Assembly (NCBI GenBank): GCA_963813815.1
Contig: CAWFAD010000012.1
Span: 128,001-192,000, forward strand
Reading direction: 5' to 3'
Length of the DNA: 64,000 bases
DNA from: an uncultured bacterium
GTDB taxonomy: Bacteria; Krumholzibacteriota; Krumholzibacteriia; Krumholzibacteriales; Krumholzibacteriaceae
Shown: positions 1-9,764 of the stretch, piece by piece
How positions within the stretch are numbered: position 1 is the first letter of the stretch
Layout: each line of letters starts with the position of its first letter
Notes under the pieces: model-generated
Seen by the model: only the letters and a program-made list of their open reading frames with translations
Told to the model about the DNA's origin: nothing
Databases searched by the model: none
Program-made: the position numbers and the translations under genes

Positions 1-72
1 GTCCTTGAGGGTAAGCCCCCGCGAAAGCCTGAATTGCTTAATTCTCGAGCCGATTTCGTCCTTGCCGTCCAT
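1..72 (-). CDS. XRE-family helix-turn-helix regulator, N-terminus only (runs off window start)
   Basis: Manual translation from ATG at 72 gives MDGKDEIGSRIKQFRLSRGLTLKD, a typical XRE/Cro start (IGxRIKxxRxxRGLTL). GGGGAG RBS just upstream. Not in the ORF track. Confidence 0.75.
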   Translation of the reverse strand, partial: MDGKDEIGSRIKQFRLSRGLTLKD

Positions 73-159
73 TGTACTCCCCCGCTCTTATCCTATGGGG
101 CAAAAAGGCCGTAAAAGAACCGACAACCCCAATATTAAGAGAAAAAGCGATAATTTTCA

Positions 160-216
160 AGAATGAAATTTGTCATTCTGCAAATATTGCTGATTAATGC
201 AATTTGATTGCATTAA
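160..216. promoter_or_regulatory. Cluster of inverted repeats (candidate operators) in an AT-rich divergent intergenic region
   Basis: AGAATGA-N6-TCATTCT (160-179), GCAA-ATA-TTGC (180-190), TTAATGCAAT-N3-ATTGCATTAA (194-216). Confidence 0.5.
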
Positions 217-323
217 ACGAATTATCTCGGCGCCCTCGGCGGCAACGGGAGCGCCACGAATTCTTTATCTCTTTCATTTATCTGGACTTGATATAACGCT
301 TCCCTTATATTGAGCGGCACACG

Positions 324-1379
324 TTGGAGTATGTTCCGATGCCCTTCAATTTAAATAAAATCCTCGTCATCAGGCTGAGCTCGCTCGGCGATCTCGTTCT
401 CCTCGTTCCGGAGCTCCTGAGGCTCCGGCGCGCGGCGCCTGGCGCCGTCATCCACCTGCTCACGAGGGAGCGATTCGCGGGGCTCTTCGAGGGAAACACC
501 TATCTCGACGACGTCCTGACGCTCGGCGGGGGCGGCCCGGGAGAGCTCCTCCGCATGCGCGCGCGGCTCGCCCGCGAGCGCTACGACGCCGTCGTCGACG
601 CGCATGGCGTGACGCGCAGCTCGATTCTCTATCACGCGCTTCGCGCGCCGAAGAAGATCAGGATCGAAAAAAACGAAATCCGAAAGTTCATGCTCATCGT
701 GGGCAAGTTGAATCTCTACCGCGGCGCCGTCACGCAATCGGACCGCTACGCGCGGCTCGTCGCGGCGCTCGGCGCGGAGCCCGGCGGCGGATGTCTCGAG
801 ATGCCGCTTCCGCCCCACGCGGCGGCGGCGGCGGACGCCGTTCTCTCACGCTCGGCGGAGGGCGGCCGGCGGCTCGTCGCGTTCGCTCCCGGCGCGCGGT
901 GGGAGACGAAAACGTGGCCGCGGGAGCGCTACGTCGAGGTCATGAGGGAAACGGCGCGGCGGGGATTCGCCACGCTCCTCATCGGCGGAGCGGCGGACCT
1001 CGATCGCAACGCTGAAATCGCGGCGGCGGTTTCTCCGGCGCCCCTCGATCTCACGGGAAAGCTCTCGATCCTCGAATCGGCGGCGGCGCTCAAACGGTGC
1101 GCCGCGCTCGTGACGAACGACTCCGCGCCGCTGCACCTCGCCGAGGCGGTCGGCACGCCGGTCGTCGCGCTCTTCGGCCCCACGGTGCGGGAGTTCGGCT
1201 ATTTCCCGCGCCTCGAACGCAGCGTCGCGCTCGAGACGAAGCTCGGCTGCAGACCATGCTCCCGAAACGGCGCCCGCCGCTGCCCCTACGGAACCAAGGA
1301 GTGTCTCGCCGCGATACCAGCGGCGACGGTCGCGGAAGCCCTCGCCGGAATCGTCGGCGAACGCGAGGCCCGCGCATGA
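324..1379 (+). CDS. Glycosyltransferase family 9 (LPS heptosyltransferase-like)
   Basis: KILVIRLSSLGD N-terminus, PGARWETKTWP, NDSAPLHLAEAVGTPVVALFGPT and CRPC motifs. Start may be ATG at 339. Confidence 0.9.
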   Translation: MEYVPMPFNLNKILVIRLSSLGDLVLLVPELLRLRRAAPGAVIHLLTRERFAGLFEGNTYLDDVLTLGGGGPGELLRMRARLARERYDAVVDAHGVTRSSILYHALRAPKKIRIEKNEIRKFMLIVGKLNLYRGAVTQSDRYARLVAALGAEPGGGCLEMPLPPHAAAAADAVLSRSAEGGRRLVAFAPGARWETKTWPRERYVEVMRETARRGFATLLIGGAADLDRNAEIAAAVSPAPLDLTGKLSILESAAALKRCAALVTNDSAPLHLAEAVGTPVVALFGPTVREFGYFPRLERSVALETKLGCRPCSRNGARRCPYGTKECLAAIPAATVAEALAGIVGEREARA

Positions 1380-2695
1380 GAATCGAGCACGCTCTCTACA
1401 ACGCCCTGATCCCCGCGGTCGCCTTCGGCGCCCGCGTCGCCTCGCTGTGGAACGCCAAAATCGCCGAGGGACTCGCCGGGCGGAAGGGATGGCGGGAGCG
1501 TTGGATCGAAAACGCGTCGAGGATCGAGCGGCGCCGGCCGCTCGTATGGTTCCACGTCTCGTCGGTCGGGGAGTTCGAACAGGCGAAGCCCGTCATGAGC
1601 ATGCTCGCCGATCGTCCCGGCGGCGGGGTCGAGATAGCCCTTACCTTCTACTCGCCGTCGGGCATGAGCTACTACGGGCGATTCGACCGATCGAGGCGGA
1701 TCGAGGCGATTCGCTTCGTCGACTATCTCCCGATCGATACCGCCGGCAACGCGCGTTTCTGCCTCGACACGCTGCGGCCCGATCTCATCGTGTACGTCAA
1801 GTTCGACATATGGCCGAATCTTCTCGTCGAGGCGTCGAAACGGGGAATCCCGCAGGCGCTCATGGCCGCGACGCTCTCGCCCGGATCGCTGCGTCTCTCG
1901 CGGATCGCGCGGGGCTACTACGGCGATCTCTACTCGCGGCTCGACGCGATCGCGGCGATCTCCGAGGAGGACGCGGAGCGTTTCCGGCGCGGCGTCCGCG
2001 ACGCGGCGAGGATCGTCGTCGCGGGGGACACGCGATTCGACCAGGTCTGCCGCCGCGTCGACTCCTCGACGGCGAGGCCGTCCGGCGCCGTCGCCGCCGC
2101 GGGCAGAGCATGGATCATAGCCGGGAGCACGTGGCCGAAGGACGAGGCGCTCGTCGTATCGGGCTATCGCGTTCTCCGGAAGGCGCATCGCGGCATCGGG
2201 CTCATCATCGTCCCGCACGAGCCTTCCGCCGAGCGGCTCGCCTCGATCCACCGGGCGCTCGCGTCGGCGGGCCTTTCCTACCGTCTGCTCTCGAGCCTCA
2301 AAGAGGGCGTTCCGTTCGAGGAGGACGTCGTCGTCGCAGACGGGGTCGGCTACCTCGCGGAGCTGTACCGTGCCGGGTGCATCGCCTACGTTGGGGGCAG
2401 CTTCACGACGGGCGTTCACAACGTCATGGAACCGGCCGTGCTCTCCCTTCCCGTCTTCTTCGGACCCCGCATCGACAACTCGTACGAGGCCCGGCGTCTC
2501 GTCGAGCTCGGCGCCGGAAAGATCGTTCGGCGGGGAATCGACTTCGCCCGGGAAGCCGGAGCCCTTCTCGCCGATCCGGAGCTCCGGGCGCGGGCGGGCG
2601 GCGCGGGGGAGCGTTTCATACGAAACCATTGCGGCGCGGCGTCCCGTTGCGTAGATTTAGCGGAAAACCTCCTCGCGAGAAAGGGTACTCCGTGA
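1376..2695 (+). CDS. waaA: 3-deoxy-D-manno-octulosonic acid (Kdo) transferase
   Basis: WFHVSSVGE, YLPID, GDTRFD, AGSTW, YVGGSF and HNVMEPA motifs. ATGA overlap with the GT9 stop places the start at 1376. Confidence 0.9.
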   Translation: MRIEHALYNALIPAVAFGARVASLWNAKIAEGLAGRKGWRERWIENASRIERRRPLVWFHVSSVGEFEQAKPVMSMLADRPGGGVEIALTFYSPSGMSYYGRFDRSRRIEAIRFVDYLPIDTAGNARFCLDTLRPDLIVYVKFDIWPNLLVEASKRGIPQALMAATLSPGSLRLSRIARGYYGDLYSRLDAIAAISEEDAERFRRGVRDAARIVVAGDTRFDQVCRRVDSSTARPSGAVAAAGRAWIIAGSTWPKDEALVVSGYRVLRKAHRGIGLIIVPHEPSAERLASIHRALASAGLSYRLLSSLKEGVPFEEDVVVADGVGYLAELYRAGCIAYVGGSFTTGVHNVMEPAVLSLPVFFGPRIDNSYEARRLVELGAGKIVRRGIDFAREAGALLADPELRARAGGAGERFIRNHCGAASRCVDLAENLLARKGTP

Positions 2696-3552
2696 AACAG
2701 CAGCTCAAGCTTCCGGCGCAACCGCGTTACATTCAGATCGAGACCATTCTCGGCTGCGACGCCGAGTGCCCCTTCTGCCCGCAGAAAACCATCGATCGCC
2801 GGCCCATCGTCATGGGCGAGGCGACCTGGAGAAAGATCATCGACGATACGCGAGGGCTCGGCGTCACCTACCGGCCCTTCCTGCAGAACGAAGCGCTCCT
2901 CGACAAACGTCTCGCGAAGATCGTCGCCCACATCAAGAAAGATCCGACCGCCCGCGCCGAGATCAACACGAACGGGAACCTCCTCGACGAACGCCGGGGA
3001 CGCGAGCTCATCGAGGCCGGAATCGATCTCGTGAGATTCAGCATCGACGCCTTCTCCCCCGAAACCTTCGCCCGCTGCCGCGTCGGCCTCGACTACGCGC
3101 GGGTCGTCGACAACGTCAACCGCTTCGTCTCGCTCGCTCGCGAGCGCGGCGGCCGCGTGGCGACGGAGGTCAGGATGATCGATATGGAGACGAACCGCCA
3201 CGAGCAGGAAGCCTTCGTGGAATACTGGGGCGCGCGGGCGGACCGCGCGCTCGTCGTGCCGCTCTACAACTGGCCGTGGGACGAGGGCGTCGAGATGGTG
3301 CCGAAACCCTGCCTCAAGATGCGCGAGGAGATGTTCTTCTACACCGACGGGCGGGCCGTGCTCTGCTGCTGGGACATCGCCGGCCGGGCCGTGATCGGCG
3401 ACGTCACGAAGGAGAGCGTCCTCGAGATTTGGAACGGCGAGGTCCGCCGCGGGTACGCGGGGCATCTCGCGCGAGGCGAGCGTGAAAAGATTCAGCTCTG
3501 CTCGCGCTGCGACGCCTACAAGGACCGCCGCTTCGAGGGATTCCCCGACTGA
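2692..3552 (+). CDS. Radical SAM protein with SPASM/twitch domain
   Basis: CDAECPFC (CxxxCxxC), INTNG and C-terminal PC...LCCWD...IGD...IWNG...CSRC. GTGA overlap with waaA. Confidence 0.9.
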   Translation: MKQQLKLPAQPRYIQIETILGCDAECPFCPQKTIDRRPIVMGEATWRKIIDDTRGLGVTYRPFLQNEALLDKRLAKIVAHIKKDPTARAEINTNGNLLDERRGRELIEAGIDLVRFSIDAFSPETFARCRVGLDYARVVDNVNRFVSLARERGGRVATEVRMIDMETNRHEQEAFVEYWGARADRALVVPLYNWPWDEGVEMVPKPCLKMREEMFFYTDGRAVLCCWDIAGRAVIGDVTKESVLEIWNGEVRRGYAGHLARGEREKIQLCSRCDAYKDRRFEGFPD

Positions 3553-4196
3553 CCGCCGCCCCACGCCCGGCGACGCGATCCGGCGCGCTCCTCCAACCTC
3601 ATTGGCCATTCCACGGCGCCGCGCCGCACGAGCGACGGCCGCGCTCTCCTGAAATCGACGATCGTCGAAGGGGCCGCCGGCGAGCGGCCGCGCCTCGAGA
3701 CGTACGCGTCGAGCCCCGGAAAGGCCCGCTCGATATCCCCGATGCGCGCGAGCGGCCTGCCGCCCGAGACGTTGGCGCTCGTCGAGACGAGCGGCTCCCC
3801 GACCGCGGCGACGAGCGCGCGCAGGGCCGCGTCGGCGGGCACGCGCACGGCGACGGCTCCGCGGGGGGCAAGCGCCGCGGGCAAGCGCCTTCGGGCGGGC
3901 AGGATCGCCGTCAGCGGCGCCGGCCAGAGACGGGACAGGATCCCCCTCGCCTCTCCGGGCCACCGCGAGACGACGCGCTCCGCCATCCGGGCGTCGGCCG
4001 CGAGCAGTATGTACCCGATTCCCCTCGATCGCCCCTTGAGCTTCCTGATCCGCTCCACGGCGTCGAGACGCGATGCGGCGCAATGAAGACCGTAGATCGT
4101 GTCCGTGGGAAGGACCGCCACCCCGCCCGACGCGAGGACGGCGGCGACGCGCGCGGCGAGGGAGCGCGTGAGGTATCCCTTCAGGATCGGTGCCAC
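3516..4196 (-). CDS. tsaC: L-threonylcarbamoyladenylate synthase (YrdC/Sua5 family)
   Basis: VLPTDTIYGL, WPAPLT, STSANVSG and PSTIVD motifs. GTG start overlaps the purE end. Confidence 0.85.
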   Translation of the reverse strand: MAPILKGYLTRSLAARVAAVLASGGVAVLPTDTIYGLHCAASRLDAVERIRKLKGRSRGIGYILLAADARMAERVVSRWPGEARGILSRLWPAPLTAILPARRRLPAALAPRGAVAVRVPADAALRALVAAVGEPLVSTSANVSGGRPLARIGDIERAFPGLDAYVSRRGRSPAAPSTIVDFRRARPSLVRRGAVEWPMRLEERAGSRRRAWGGGQSGNPSKRRSL

Positions 4197-4647
4197 TGTT
4201 CGCGCATGTCCTGAAGTTTGCCGGCGATCCGCTCGTCCGCGAGGGCGAGTATCTCCGCGGCGAGGATGGCGGCGTTTCGCGCGCCGGGCGCGCCGACGGC
4301 CACCGTGGCCACCGGAACCCCGGGCGGCATCTGCGCGATGGCGTACAGGGCGTCGATCCCGCCGGGAAGCCCGCTCGCGAGCGGCACGCCGATGACGGGG
4401 CGCATCGTAAGGGATGCGACGTATCCCGGCAACGCCGCGGCCATCCCCGCGCCGGCGATGAACACCTTCGCCCCCCGCCGCAGAGCTTCCTCGACATACT
4501 CGACCGTCGCCTTCGGCTGGCGATGGGCGGAGGAGACTCGAAGCTCCCACGTCACGCCGAGCTTATCGAGCTGCTCGACGCACGCCTGCATCGCCTCCCG
4601 GTCGGATTCGCTCCCATCAGCACGGCGACCTGAATATCCCCTTTCAC
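4181..4647 (-). CDS. purE: N5-carboxyaminoimidazole ribonucleotide mutase; one-base frameshift near 4613
   Basis: VKGDIQVAVLMG in one frame continues as SESD...SAHR...AGAGMAAALPG...QMPPGVPVATV in another. ATG GG- AGC lacks one base. Confidence 0.9.
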
Positions 4648-5954
4648 CGCTGCTCCTTTCTTCCTCCCGGGCTGAGCGCCCGCTTGCCGATGTCGCTCCG
4701 GGAGAACGCGCCCTCGAACCGAATCGCCCCGACGCCGCGATACGCATTTTCTATCGCCGCGGCGAGATCGTCCGCGACGGCCGTCACCCCGAGCACCCGG
4801 CCTCCCGCCGTGACGACGGCGTCTCCGCGGAGCGCCGTTCCGGCATGGAACACGAGGCATCCCCTGTCGGCAGCTTCCTCGAGTCCCGAAATCTCGAATC
4901 CTTTCCGGTACGTCCCGGGATAGCCGCCCGAGGCGACGACGACGCACGCCGCGGCGCGCGAGCCGCCCGCGAAGGCGACCCGGTCGAGCTCCCCCGCGGC
5001 CGCCGCTTCGAGCGCGTCGAGCAGATCTCCCTCGTAGAGCGGCAGAACCGCCTGCGTCTCCGGATCGCCGAAGCGGCAGTTGTACTCGAGCACCATCGGC
5101 CCGTCCGCGGTGAGCATGACGCCGAAGTAGAGCGCGCCCGCGCACGCGATCCCATCCTCCCGCATCCCCTCGAAGGTAGGCTCGATGATCGCGGAGCGAA
5201 TGCGCTCGAGCATCCCGGGGGCGAGCGCCGGCACCGGGGCGTAGGCCCCCATGCCGCCCGTATTGGGACCAAGATCATTGTCGCGCGCCCGCTTGTGATC
5301 CTGCGACGGCGCGAAGAGACGGTACGTTTTTCCGTCGAAGAGGGAAAGGATCGACACCTCGGGCCCCTCGAGATACTCCTCGATCACGATGCGCTCCCCC
5401 GCCGCGCCGAACTCCCTGCGCAGCATCATGAGCTCGATCGCCGCGCGGGCCTCGTCCTGCGTCCTCGCGATGATGACGCCCTTGCCGGCGGCGAGCCCGT
5501 CCGCCTTGATGACGAAGGGAGGTTCCGCGCGGGAGATCGCGGAGAAAGCGGCGCCGGAGTCGGCGCACACGGCGAACCCGCCCGTCGGAATGCCGTGCCG
5601 GCGCATGAACTCCTTCGCCCAAACCTTGCTCCCCTCGAGCTTCGCCGCGCCGCGGCCGAACCCGAAGATCCCGAGAGAGCGCGAGGCGAAGAGATCGGTT
5701 ATTCCGGCGACGAGCGGCGCCTCGGGCCCGACGATCGTGAGAGCGACCTCCCGCTCCGCGGCGAACGCGGCGAGCCCGGCGATATCCTCGGCGCTCACGT
5801 TCACGCACTCGGCGACCGCCGCCATTCCGGCGTTCCCCGGAGCGGCGTAGAGCTTTCCGGCGCGCGGCGACTGCGCTATCTTCCACGCGATGGCGTGCTC
5901 GCGGCCTCCGCCACCCACGATGAGAACGTTCATGCCGTTCCTCTCTTCGCTCAC
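4644..5954 (-). CDS. purD: Phosphoribosylamine-glycine ligase
   Basis: GGGGREHA, LEGSK, KADGLAAGKGV, GPNTGGMGAY, EYNCRFGDPETQ and GGRVL motifs. Confidence 0.97.
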   Translation of the reverse strand: MSEERNGMNVLIVGGGGREHAIAWKIAQSPRAGKLYAAPGNAGMAAVAECVNVSAEDIAGLAAFAAEREVALTIVGPEAPLVAGITDLFASRSLGIFGFGRGAAKLEGSKVWAKEFMRRHGIPTGGFAVCADSGAAFSAISRAEPPFVIKADGLAAGKGVIIARTQDEARAAIELMMLRREFGAAGERIVIEEYLEGPEVSILSLFDGKTYRLFAPSQDHKRARDNDLGPNTGGMGAYAPVPALAPGMLERIRSAIIEPTFEGMREDGIACAGALYFGVMLTADGPMVLEYNCRFGDPETQAVLPLYEGDLLDALEAAAAGELDRVAFAGGSRAAACVVVASGGYPGTYRKGFEISGLEEAADRGCLVFHAGTALRGDAVVTAGGRVLGVTAVADDLAAAIENAYRGVGAIRFEGAFSRSDIGKRALSPGGRKEQR

Positions 5955-6005
5955 GGCCGGCCTCCGGCGCGCCGGCTCATCGGCGCTCGCCGGGCGGCGG
6001 CGCTC

Positions 6006-6034
6006 ATTATACTACCGCCCGGAGGGACGTGCAG
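6006..6034 (-). promoter_or_regulatory. Putative sigma70 promoter for purD-purE-tsaC
   Basis: CTGCAC-N17-TATAAT on the minus strand. Confidence 0.45.
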
Positions 6035-6036
6035 CC

Positions 6037-7368
6037 TCATTCTGCGCCTCCCGCGGGAGTGGAGGGCCGCGCGCGCGGCGACTCGGCCGGAGCCTCTCCG
6101 GCCTTCGCCTCCGGCAGCAGCAGCGCGCCGTTTTCGATCACGAGAATATCGTCGTCGTCGAGGCAGGCGAGGAGAAATTCCTCGTGCCCGTCCATCCACG
6201 GGCACAGGCCGAAACGGCTCGCGAGCGAGTCCTCCATCGCCGATTTGAGATAGATCGAAAAGCGAGCGGCGAGCTCGCACGTCGACAGCGCGGCCTGGGC
6301 GTTCAGCGTATACCGCCCGCGCACGCGCTCGGGCACGCCGAACCTGCCGTCGGCAAAGGCTTCCTCGTACGAGTCGGAACCCACGCCCTCGCGACACTCG
6401 GCGGCGACGAGCATGAGGCCTCCTTCCTCGAGTGCGTACGAGGCGTGACGGATCGCCTTGTGGCTCTGCAGGAGATTCAGGTCCCTCGGATATCCGCCCG
6501 CCGAAAGAACGACGGCCCGGTACGGGCGCGCGACGGGAACGCGCATGTGCGAGGAGAGAAACTCGCAGGCGGCGCGGTGCGAAGCGTCGAGCTCTCCCGC
6601 GTTCACGAAGATCGTTTCCCCGCGGCCGCCGGCCACCACGTTCACCGCGAAAACGCGCGTCCCGATGAGCCGCGCCCCCTCGAGCATGTCCTCGTGCACG
6701 CGGTTGCCGTCCAGGTTGCCCGGCCGGCAGCCGGGCGCGAGCCCCGATCCCGCGTCCGCGCGAAGCGATAGCCGGTGGTTGGCGAGAATCGTGCCCTCCG
6801 AGGCGATGCCCGGCAGAATGAGCTTCCGTCCGCCGCCGTACCCCGCGAAATAATGAAACGACGCCGCGCCGAGCGTCACGACGAGGGACGAATCGACGGC
6901 GGCGCGGTTGAGAAGGCACGGCGTGCCGGCGCTCGTCGTGCCGACGTCGACGAGCGATCCTCCGTCGCGCGGGTCGTGCTCGATCACGGTCCAGCGATCG
7001 AGGACGGCGGCGCCGAGAAACTCCGCGAGCTCCCGTCGTTCGCTCCGCCGGTGCATGCCGAGGGCGAGGATGACGACGACGCGATCGGGGCCCGCGCCGC
7101 CCCGCTCGAGCTCGCCGAGCAGCGCTCGGAGAAGCCGCGCCCCCGACTCTCCGCGCGTGAGATCCGAAATCAGCACGGCGACCGAGCCCGTCCGCGGGAT
7201 GAGCTTCGCGAGGGGGGACGATCCGACGGGCCGCTCGAGCGCGGCCGCGAGCGCGGCGGCCTCATCGGGAAGGGCGGGACAGGAGTGACCGTCCACTATC
7301 CTGACGGCCGTCCTGCCCGGCATCTCGAGGGCGAGGGAACCGTTTCCATAGGGGAGAGAAACCCGCAT
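6037..7368 (-). CDS. Nickel-dependent lactate racemase (LarA) family protein
   Basis: ISDLTR, ALGMHR, GTTSAGTP, FHYFAGYGGGRKLILPG, GGYPRDLNLLQ and AECREGVG motifs. Start MRVSLPYG. Confidence 0.85.
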   Translation of the reverse strand: MRVSLPYGNGSLALEMPGRTAVRIVDGHSCPALPDEAAALAAALERPVGSSPLAKLIPRTGSVAVLISDLTRGESGARLLRALLGELERGGAGPDRVVVILALGMHRRSERRELAEFLGAAVLDRWTVIEHDPRDGGSLVDVGTTSAGTPCLLNRAAVDSSLVVTLGAASFHYFAGYGGGRKLILPGIASEGTILANHRLSLRADAGSGLAPGCRPGNLDGNRVHEDMLEGARLIGTRVFAVNVVAGGRGETIFVNAGELDASHRAACEFLSSHMRVPVARPYRAVVLSAGGYPRDLNLLQSHKAIRHASYALEEGGLMLVAAECREGVGSDSYEEAFADGRFGVPERVRGRYTLNAQAALSTCELAARFSIYLKSAMEDSLASRFGLCPWMDGHEEFLLACLDDDDILVIENGALLLPEAKAGEAPAESPRARPSTPAGGAE

Positions 7369-7440
7369 GAGGACCTTCCCGGAGCGCGCGGGCTCCGCTT
7401 CGCCCGCGGCCCGCACGGCCGGCGGAAGGAATGAGGCGGA

Positions 7441-8382
7441 TCAGTCCGGAAGCACGTGCGTGCCCGCCGCACCCGCGCAGGCGTCGAGAAGCATGGCCGC
7501 GTCGGATATGATGACGCGCCGCCCGCCCGATTCGATGAACTCGATCGCCGAGTCGATCTTCGGCCCCATGCTTCCGGCCGGAAACTCGCCCGCATCCCGG
7601 AAGCGCCGCAGCTCGCCGAGCTTCACGTTGCGCAGGGCCCGCTCGTCGGGTTTCCCGAAACTCACGTAAACCTCGGGGACGCTCGTGAGAATGATGAGGC
7701 GCTCCGCGCCGACCATCTTGGCGAGCACGGAGGCGGCGCGGTCCTTGTCGACCACGGCCTCCACTCCCCTGAGCCGGCCGCCCTCCCGCACGACGGGGAT
7801 GCCGCCGCCGCCGACCGCGATCACGACGACGTCGAGCTCGAGGAGCCGCGATATCACCGCGGCCTCCACGATCTCGAGCGGCTTCGGCGACGGCACGATG
7901 CGCCGCCACCCGCGGTTGGCGTCCATGATCATCCGGAAGCCCTTGTCCCGCTCGAGGGCTTTCGCCTCGGCCTCGCTGTAGAACAGTCCGATCGGCTTCG
8001 TCGGGTGCTCGAAGGCCTCGTCGTCCTTCGAGACGACGACCTGCGAGACGAGCGCGACGACCTCGCGCGAGATCCCCTTCGCGAGGAGCTCGTTGCGGAG
8101 CGACTGCTGGATCATGTACCCGATCCCGCCCTGCGAATCGGCGTCGCAGACGTCGAGCGGCATCGGAGGAATCCGGTCCTTCACGGCCTCGTTGCGCTCG
8201 ACGATGTTGCCGACGATGGGTCCGTTGCCATGGGTGACGATCACCTTCCGCCCCGCCGAAATGAGCTCGGCGACCTGCCGCATCGAGGTGTCGGTCAGTA
8301 TCCGCTGCTCCTCGATCGTCCCCGTTCCCTTCGTCGGGATGATCGCGTTTCCTCCAAGCGCAATGACGTCAATGCCGCGCAC
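7441..8382 (-). CDS. arcC: Carbamate kinase
   Basis: IALGGNA, THGNGP, PTKPIG, GWRRIVPSP, EAVVDKD and GSMGPK motifs. GTG start with GGGAGG RBS. Confidence 0.93.
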   Translation of the reverse strand: MRGIDVIALGGNAIIPTKGTGTIEEQRILTDTSMRQVAELISAGRKVIVTHGNGPIVGNIVERNEAVKDRIPPMPLDVCDADSQGGIGYMIQQSLRNELLAKGISREVVALVSQVVVSKDDEAFEHPTKPIGLFYSEAEAKALERDKGFRMIMDANRGWRRIVPSPKPLEIVEAAVISRLLELDVVVIAVGGGGIPVVREGGRLRGVEAVVDKDRAASVLAKMVGAERLIILTSVPEVYVSFGKPDERALRNVKLGELRRFRDAGEFPAGSMGPKIDSAIEFIESGGRRVIISDAAMLLDACAGAAGTHVLPD

Positions 8383-8397
8383 CGCGGATGCCCTCCC

Positions 8398-8440
8398 CAA
8401 AAAGAAGTCCCCTGCCGGAGGCGGCGCCTCCAGCAGGGGC
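8398..8440 (-). terminator. Intrinsic terminator-like hairpin after the aminotransferase gene
   Basis: CCCCTGCTGGAGGC/GCCTCCGGCAGGGG stem followed by ACTTCTTTTT on the minus strand. Confidence 0.55.
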
Positions 8441-8460
8441 ACGTTCCTTCGATACGTTCG

Positions 8461-9615
8461 TTACCTGAGGGCGCTCCGAATCTTCTCGAGCGCCTTCTTG
8501 ATGTTCTCCTGCGAGTTCGCGTATGAGAAACGCAGGTATCCCTCGCCGTACTTGCCGAAGCTCGTGCCGCTGAGGCCGGCCACGCCCGCCTTCTCGAGGA
8601 GGAACGTCTCGAGATCCTTCGATTTCATTCCCGTTCCCGTGATATTCGGAAACACGTAGAACGCGCCCTTCGGCTTCAGGCACCGGAATCCCGGAATCGC
8701 GTTGAGGCCGTCGACGATGAGGTCGCGGCGCGCCTTGAACTCCTTGACCATCTTCCGCGATCTGCTCTGCGATCCGGTCAGGGCCTCGATGCCGGCCATC
8801 TGCGTGAAGCTCGCGGTGCAGGAGTTCGAGTTGGTCTGGAGCCTCGCCACCGCGTCGGCGAGCTTCACCGGCATGATGCCGTAGCCGAGGCGCCATCCGG
8901 TCATCGCGTACGTTTTCGAGTGCCCCTCGAGCAGAATCGTGCGCTCCTTGACCTCGGGAAAGTCGCAGATGCTGACGTGCTTTCCCTCGTAGATGATCTT
9001 GCTGTACACCTCGTCGCTGAGGATCCACGCGTCGTACTTGTCGGCGAGCTCGGCGACCGTTTTCATGTCCTTCTTGGTGAGGATGCCGCCCGTCGGGTTC
9101 TGGGGAGAGTTGATGATGATGAGCTTCGTTCTCTCGTTCACGAGCGAGCGCAGCTCGTCGACGTCGAACGAGAAGTTCTTCTCTTCCCGCAGCGGAATGG
9201 GAACGGGCTTTCCGCCGACGAAATTGATCACCGATTCGTAGATGGGGAATCCCGGGTTGGGATAGATGACTTCGTCCCCCTCGTCGACGAGGGCCATGAT
9301 CGAGAAGAAGAGAATCGGCTTGGCGCCCGGGGTGATGACGATGTTTTCCGGCTTCACGTCGACTTTGCGGTCCCGCGAGATGTACTCGGCGAAAACCTTC
9401 TTGGCCGCCGGCATGCCGGCCGAAGGGCCATAGTGCGTGAAGCCTTCCTTGAGAGCCTTGATGGCGGCCTTGACGATGTTGGGCGGGGTGTCGAAATCGG
9501 GCTCGCCGATCTCGAGATGGACCATGTCCCTCCCCTCGGCCTCCATCGCCTTCGCGCGGGCCAGAACCTCGAAGGCGGTTTCGGTGCCGAGCCTGCTCAT
9601 TCTCTCCGCAAACAT
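8461..9615 (-). CDS. PLP-dependent class I/II (aspartate-type) aminotransferase
   Basis: GEPDFDTP, NSPQNPTG, SDEVY and SKTYAMTGWRLG (PLP Lys) motifs. GAGGAGG RBS before ATG 9615. Confidence 0.93.
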   Translation of the reverse strand: MFAERMSRLGTETAFEVLARAKAMEAEGRDMVHLEIGEPDFDTPPNIVKAAIKALKEGFTHYGPSAGMPAAKKVFAEYISRDRKVDVKPENIVITPGAKPILFFSIMALVDEGDEVIYPNPGFPIYESVINFVGGKPVPIPLREEKNFSFDVDELRSLVNERTKLIIINSPQNPTGGILTKKDMKTVAELADKYDAWILSDEVYSKIIYEGKHVSICDFPEVKERTILLEGHSKTYAMTGWRLGYGIMPVKLADAVARLQTNSNSCTASFTQMAGIEALTGSQSRSRKMVKEFKARRDLIVDGLNAIPGFRCLKPKGAFYVFPNITGTGMKSKDLETFLLEKAGVAGLSGTSFGKYGEGYLRFSYANSQENIKKALEKIRSALR

Positions 9616-9674
9616 CTCTCCTCCTCGTGAATTCTCGCCAGGAACGGGCATCTCACAAAAATTGAACCATATCT

Positions 9675-9703
9675 ATATTACGGGGGGACAGGGGCTTTGT
9701 CAA
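9675..9703 (-). promoter_or_regulatory. Sigma70-type promoter
   Basis: TTGACA-N17-TAATAT upstream of the aminotransferase gene. Confidence 0.7.
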
Positions 9704-9764
9704 CTCATTAGGCGAAACGCCGCAGCAACTTGTCCGGCAAAGGAATACGGGAAAACGCGGACCG

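Noticed and set aside
3516..3552. Convergent 37-nt overlap of the radical SAM gene and tsaC
   Set aside because: Short tail overlaps are common in GC-rich genomes and there is no evidence of function.
4605..4620. Programmed ribosomal frameshift in purE
   Set aside because: No slippery heptamer or stimulatory element; a missing base in a short G run is the simpler explanation.
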